Assembly: GCF_000143415.4 (NCBI RefSeq)
Contig: NW_003314304.1
Location: 1,175,679 to 1,239,678 of the forward strand
DNA: 64,000 nt
Direction of reading: 5' to 3'
Origin: Selaginella moellendorffii
Lineage: Eukaryota > Plantae > Lycopodiophyta
In this document: one piece after another, positions 59,040 through 64,000 of the stretch
Layout of the letters: every line of letters starts with the position of its first letter
How positions within the stretch are numbered: the stretch's first letter is position 1
Translations under genes and position numbers: made by a program
Notes under the pieces: generated by a model
The model's input: the letters and a program-made list of their open reading frames with translations, nothing else
Database searches by the model: none
What the model was told of the DNA's origin: nothing

Positions 59040-60134
59040 AAAATCTTCTCCAAAAAACCGTCCATGGAAGTCACTCCTCCTGGAAGAACAATCGCAAGCA
59101 TTTGGCGTCAGTTTCATGGATCGATCGACAAATCTAGGTTGGCCTAAGAGTGGTACTTTCTCCGGGAAAGTAATAATGTTGACGGTGAGGATATCATCAC
59201 CGCATTCAAAGAGTGTTTTCACACAAAAAAGAGACCCAAGGTCTATCTTGAGAAATTGAGAGAAACACGCCAAAAGAGAGATGAACCTATTCCCGACTAT
59301 GGAAGCGGCTTTTTAAAGTTGGCCAACAAATACAAGAATCTGATCACTGATTAAGGCAAACAGAGTTAGTTCACTCAAAGCCTTCACAAGCAAATCCAGC
59401 ATGATTTAGTGCTGAAACACAGAGATGAGGAAGATGCCTCACTCAAGATAGAAGATATCATTGCAATGGCCCAGAAGATCAAACACAAGTTTGAAGCCAT
59501 TACACTGACGAGATATGAGGACAACGATTCAGATGATGAATTGATTCCGAACCTCGAAACAGGAAAAAGGAGAAAACATTACTCTCCGATTGGCACGCAC
59601 TTATGTATTCTCCCCTTAACCATAAGGAAAAGGGCCAATTGATTATAAGAATTCCCTATGTGCTGCACAAGATCTACGATACTGATGTAATACCCACCAC
59701 GATTCCTTACCGTACACATTCGCGTGGACCCTCTGATCTACATAAATCACGTCCCTTGACAGCCTACCGTGTGAATGTCACATCCTTACACATATGGATC
59801 CTATATGCCCATACACATTCCATGCGTGCCTATGTATCATGGTGGATCAGGTCATGTATACATCTCATCTCAGTATCGATGTCGAGAATCGAACCTCTCT
59901 GATACCAAATGTCACGCACTTATTTATTCTCTCCTTAATCATAAAAAAAATGACCAATTGGTTATGATAATTTCCTCTGTGCTGCACAAGATCTACGATA
60001 CCGACGTAACACCAACCTTAAGCTTCAAGCTTATCAAATAGCTCCTCCAAAAGGATCGAAAAAGAGACCCCCATGAAAAGACATCTGAACTCAAACTTGG
60101 CGTATGGTGCACCCGAGGTAAAAATGAGGGGCAC
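59040..60134 (+). pseudogene. Degraded gag of the same gypsy lineage, interrupted by a TRIM
   Basis: PKVYLEKLRETRQKRDEPIPDY...LITD*GK and ELKLGVWCTRGKNEGH match the Gags at 4252 and 30144. Confidence 0.7.
59591..60011 (-). mobile_element. TRIM (terminal-repeat retrotransposon in miniature), 421 bp
   Basis: 102-bp terminal repeats at 59591-59692 and 59910-60011, iMet PBS TGGTATCAGAG (59897-59907, minus strand), a purine tract at 59693-59706, and a degenerate TSD CCGAT/CCAAC. Confidence 0.85.
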
Positions 60135-60328
60135 TGTTACGGTTATGTGCCTCGATTGTCCGGTTGGATACGGGTGTCAGCAATAGTCGTGCATCACTTC
60201 TATGAAAAACTAGTATGTAATAATTGTAGTCTGGTGACGTGGCAGGAGTCCTGCCACGTGAGAACCGCGTTAGAGGTCATTAGCATGGAAGGTACTACCC
60301 TGATAGTACTAGGAAAAGACAGGAAAAA

Positions 60329-60428
60329 NNNNNNNNNNNNNNNNNNNNNNNNNNNNNNNNNNNNNNNNNNNNNNNNNNNNNNNNNNNNNNNNNNNNNNNN
60401 NNNNNNNNNNNNNNNNNNNNNNNNNNNN
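60329..60428. other. Assembly gap (100 N)
   Basis: Run of N. Confidence 1.
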
Positions 60429-61028
60429 CATCTTTTCAGAGACTAAGTACAAAAAATATCGTCGTGCCCACAGCATGTGGCTAAAAGGCCGAGGGGGGGT
60501 ACCCGGAGTTCCAGAAAGTATATAGGGGGGACCTCCGCCTTGGAAGAAGAGGAGGACCCTTCTTCTGAAAAGTGAGTTCCGGTTAATTGTAGTCTGATCT
60601 GGGAGGAGTATAAGTGGCAATGGGGTGATTCCCAGACTGCCACAGCTCTCCTCCTTGGAAACAGGAGATGGAATCAAGCAAGTCACGAAGAGTGACTTTG
60701 GCTAAAAGTGGAAGTCGGGCAAGCTGTGAAGAACAGCTCCGATGGAATAGGAGCAAAAGACAAAGTAGTCAGACAGGCTGTGAAAAACGGCTCTGACTAA
60801 GGATGGAACCAGGCAGGCTGTGAAGAGTGGCCCTGGCTAAGTGAGCTCATAGGGGCGAAAGACAAAGAGTCAGGCAAGCTGTGGAGAACAGCTCTGACAA
60901 GTGAAGGCTTCGCTGAGAGTAAGTCCTTGGTAGCGAGGGCAGCAATCAAGGTGTCAGTGTAGCTCGTGGCAAGGCTACACCGTGAATCCAAACGAGGTGT
61001 GGGAAGTACTCGGGTGGTGACACCTAAA

Positions 61029-64000
61029 TTACGAGACACGCTGAGATTGAAGGCCCGATACCGGACCTTGTGGTGTAAGGTGATCCTTTCTCAAGCCTCC
61101 GCTTCCAAAGGTTGAAAATCTTAAGCCTTGAAATGAGAAGAATTCCAAAGCGATTGGAGCTTTGGCGCTGTTGCAAAAATGAGCTTGAGTGCTGAAGCAA
61201 TCAAGCCACACAGAAGTCTCAACGCCCGCTGTTGAGGCTCTTGCTATTTTCTGACCTAAATTATTCCTTCTGTTCTGAGGTATTGTCAGAAGCTCCCCTT
61301 GTTTTGATTTTCCAAGCCCACCCGCTGAACATATGCCTAAGTCGATGATGAATTGTTCATGTAAGCCTCGATCGAACACCTTAGTGAATATATCTGCTAT
61401 CATCTTTGTTGTTTGCTGGAATTCGACCGTGACCTCGCCGTCTGCAACTTTCTCCCGAATGAAATGATGGTGATTCTCAATGTGCTTAGTTCGTCCGTGC
61501 AGTACCGGGTTCTTTAGCGGCGCCAAACATGCCTGATTATCATCAAACAACAACAAAGGATCAGTTTGTCTAATACCGAAGTCACTCAGTAGTTTTCGTA
61601 TCCAGATGCCTCCCATGAACATGCTAAAAATGAAAGATACATGTCAATATAGCAACTGTTAGATACTCTGCTTCACATGTCAATACAGTTACTGTTGTCT
61701 GCTTTTTGGACGTCCAACTGATCACGCCAGAGTTGAATATGAAGCAATAACCGGTTCTAGAGCGCCTATCACCTGCATCCCTTGCCCAATCTGCGTCTGC
61801 GTATCCAACCACTGACTTAGCCCCAGCGTTTGATCCATAGAGAAGGCCAAAGTCAACTGTCCTGGCTAAATACTTCAAAATCCGAAGAGCTGCAGACGAA
61901 TGCTTGAGCCCCGGATTCTTCATAACTGCGCAATGATGGAGACTGGCTGCAGAAATGTCTGGTCGAGACGAAACCAAGAGGTACAGAAGTCCACCGACTA
62001 GTTGTTGATAGGGGAGCCTCATTGCCGCTTTATCTCCTTGTGTTGAAGGAGCCATGTCTGTAACTAGTTTTAATCGTGTAACTGTCGGAGTAGGAGCACT
62101 GCCATTGAAATATTCTGCATAGTTCTGAAGCATGCCTTTGAGTGTACTTCTCTTGATTCATGAACAAGATTCGTTTCTCCCTGTCACGACAAATTTGTAA
62201 ACCGAGAAAATAATTATCATACAAAAACGATCCATCAGTGCCTGCTTAATCCAGATTACTCCCCTCATGTTCTGTGCAGCCAGAGCTAGATCATCCACAT
62301 AAATCGCAACGATTGCATCCACAGTGCCGTTGGTGGTGAGAATGTATATGTTCCAGTCGGCTTGAGATCTGCAAAAACCAGGGCCACGAAAGAAAACGTC
62401 GATTGTTTTATACCAGCATCGAAGACTTCGCTTGAGTCCATAGATCGACTTTTTGAGACGGCAGACGTGACATTCTTTTCTGACAACTTCAAAACATCAG
62501 GGTTACCTCATATAAATTTCCTCGTCAAGTGTACCATGGAGGAACTCGTTCTTAACATCCATTTGGTGAAGTTCAAAATCGTTAAGAGCTGCAAAAGCAA
62601 ATAAGGCCAGTATGTTAGCAACTGGAGAAAAAACGCCAAAGAAATCAACTCCCTGTGTTTGTGTGAATTCTCTGGCAACCAGTCATGATTTGTAACGTTG
62701 AATGTGCCCTTCCAGTGTGTACTTGACTTTGTACAACCATTTGTTACTAATTTTATGCTTGTTTGGTGGAAGTTGTACAAGATCCCATGTCTGGTTTGTG
62801 AGCAAACTGTTGAACTCATCCTGCATTGCCAGCTTCCACTTCCGGGCGTGTGAGCCTAGTATTTCCTGATTATAGGTTGATGGTTCTGTATACACAGTGC
62901 ACGCATTAGTTTCCAATTGTTCTAAATACCTCTGAGCTGGTTTCCGTTGTCGTTTTGTAAGTCCCGAAGCTTCAGGTTCAAAGACTTCAACACACCTTTC
63001 ATCCTCAAAGATATCATCACCGAGCTCATCTGCTGGTTGAAAGAAGTTTCCCAGTTTTCTTCAAAGTTCTCTGACACAATGTTCTTGATGACTGGAAGTT
63101 CCTGCTGCTCAGGTGCTGGAGCTTCAGGGACTTGCAACTGTGGTTGAACTGCAGGAGGATTCTTTATTCCTTGTGACTCCTCGGATGGAAGTGGGATGCT
63201 GAATCCAAAGTAGTTGAATGGTTTCTGAACCAATTTCTCTGTGGAGTTTGACGACGAACTAGGGTTAGTCTAATGTAGAAGGCTTATTGATTTTTTGTTA
63301 AGAACTAGGGTTAGTCTAATGTAGAAAGCTTATTGATTTTTTTGTTAAATACGACACAGGTGTTCATGTCAAACAATCGAAATGTCTTGCTGTCTTCAAC
63401 ATTCGATCATCCCATTTTACTCACTGCTTCGGATCAACATGTGCGTATGCTATACATCCAAAAACACGGAAATATTCAAAAAAGGCTTACATCCTGTCAT
63501 GCTTTTGTGATGAGTTGTGTTTATGAGAGCTTTGGTTGGAAGAAAGTTGGTGATAGCAACCACATAACTGACTGCCTTGGCCCAGAAAGTGAGTGGTAGA
63601 TCTGCAGCTTTGTGTATGCATTGTGCAGCTTCTCCAACCGTTGCCATCCTACGGTAAACCACCCCATTCTGTTCTTTCGCATAGGTTTGTCTTTGGATGC
63701 CTTCCTGTTCAAGAAACACGTTAAAATCGTTTGAAATAAATTCACCTCCATCGTCTGAGCGAAATGAGTGTATCTTTTGATCAGTATCCTTCTCAGCATA
63801 GACTTTCCATCCTTTGAACCGTTCGAGAGCTTCACTTCTTAGACGCAAGAAAAAGAAAAATGCCCTGTGAGAATAATCGTCAACAATCAACAGAAAGTAC
63901 CTGGCACCATTCAGCGATTTAACTTGTGTTGGCCCCCAGACATCACCACCTACAAGTTGGAGTGTTCTTGTAGCTCTGATTCACGTAGCTACTTGGTAAT
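61029..64000 (-). mobile_element. Degraded Ty1/copia pol (integrase, RT, RNase H), continuing past the window end
   Basis: IVDDYS...FRSDDGGEF...EQNGV, WKLAMQDEFNSL..NQTWDLV, GYADADWA.D..DRRSRTG and RTKHIE...IADIFTK. Multiple frameshifts. Confidence 0.93.

Noticed and set aside
60135-61022. LTR-like segment (TG start, TATA, internal repeats) as the copia 3' LTR
   Set aside because: It spans a gap, has no TSD or partner in the window, and cannot be assigned.
63257-63348. 46-bp tandem duplication in the copia remnant
   Set aside because: Ordinary decay or slippage in a dead element.

Overview
Repeat-rich region of a non-seed land-plant nuclear genome. A lycophyte such as Selaginella is my inference, from the plant-type rDNA with 5S in the spacer, TTTAGGG repeats and ~50-bp introns. 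The core is one decaying rDNA unit (IGS-5S-IGS-ETS-18S-ITS1-5.8S-ITS2-26S-IGS, period 14,316 bp here) joined to the broken 3' end of a large Ty3/gypsy element. A 5'-truncated, antisense Penelope-like retroelement with an intact RT replaces roughly 0.7 kb of the 26S. An inverted 18S copy follows, carrying a young gag-only LTR element (418-bp LTRs, ACGGC TSD) and a 303-bp insert with a 34-bp duplication. The right half holds a decayed chromovirus with a self-priming-type PBS inside a 1.47-kb inverted duplication, and tiny TSD-flanked LTR scars. It also holds a hAT transposase fragment, a vacuolar H+-PPase pseudogene with a hAT MITE, an apparently intact spliced gene for a SAP + PD-(D/E)xK nuclease-like protein, a TRIM, a copia remnant and two 100-N gaps. 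Most ORF-track entries over the IGS and rRNA are spurious. All domain calls were made by eye from motifs; no searches were run.
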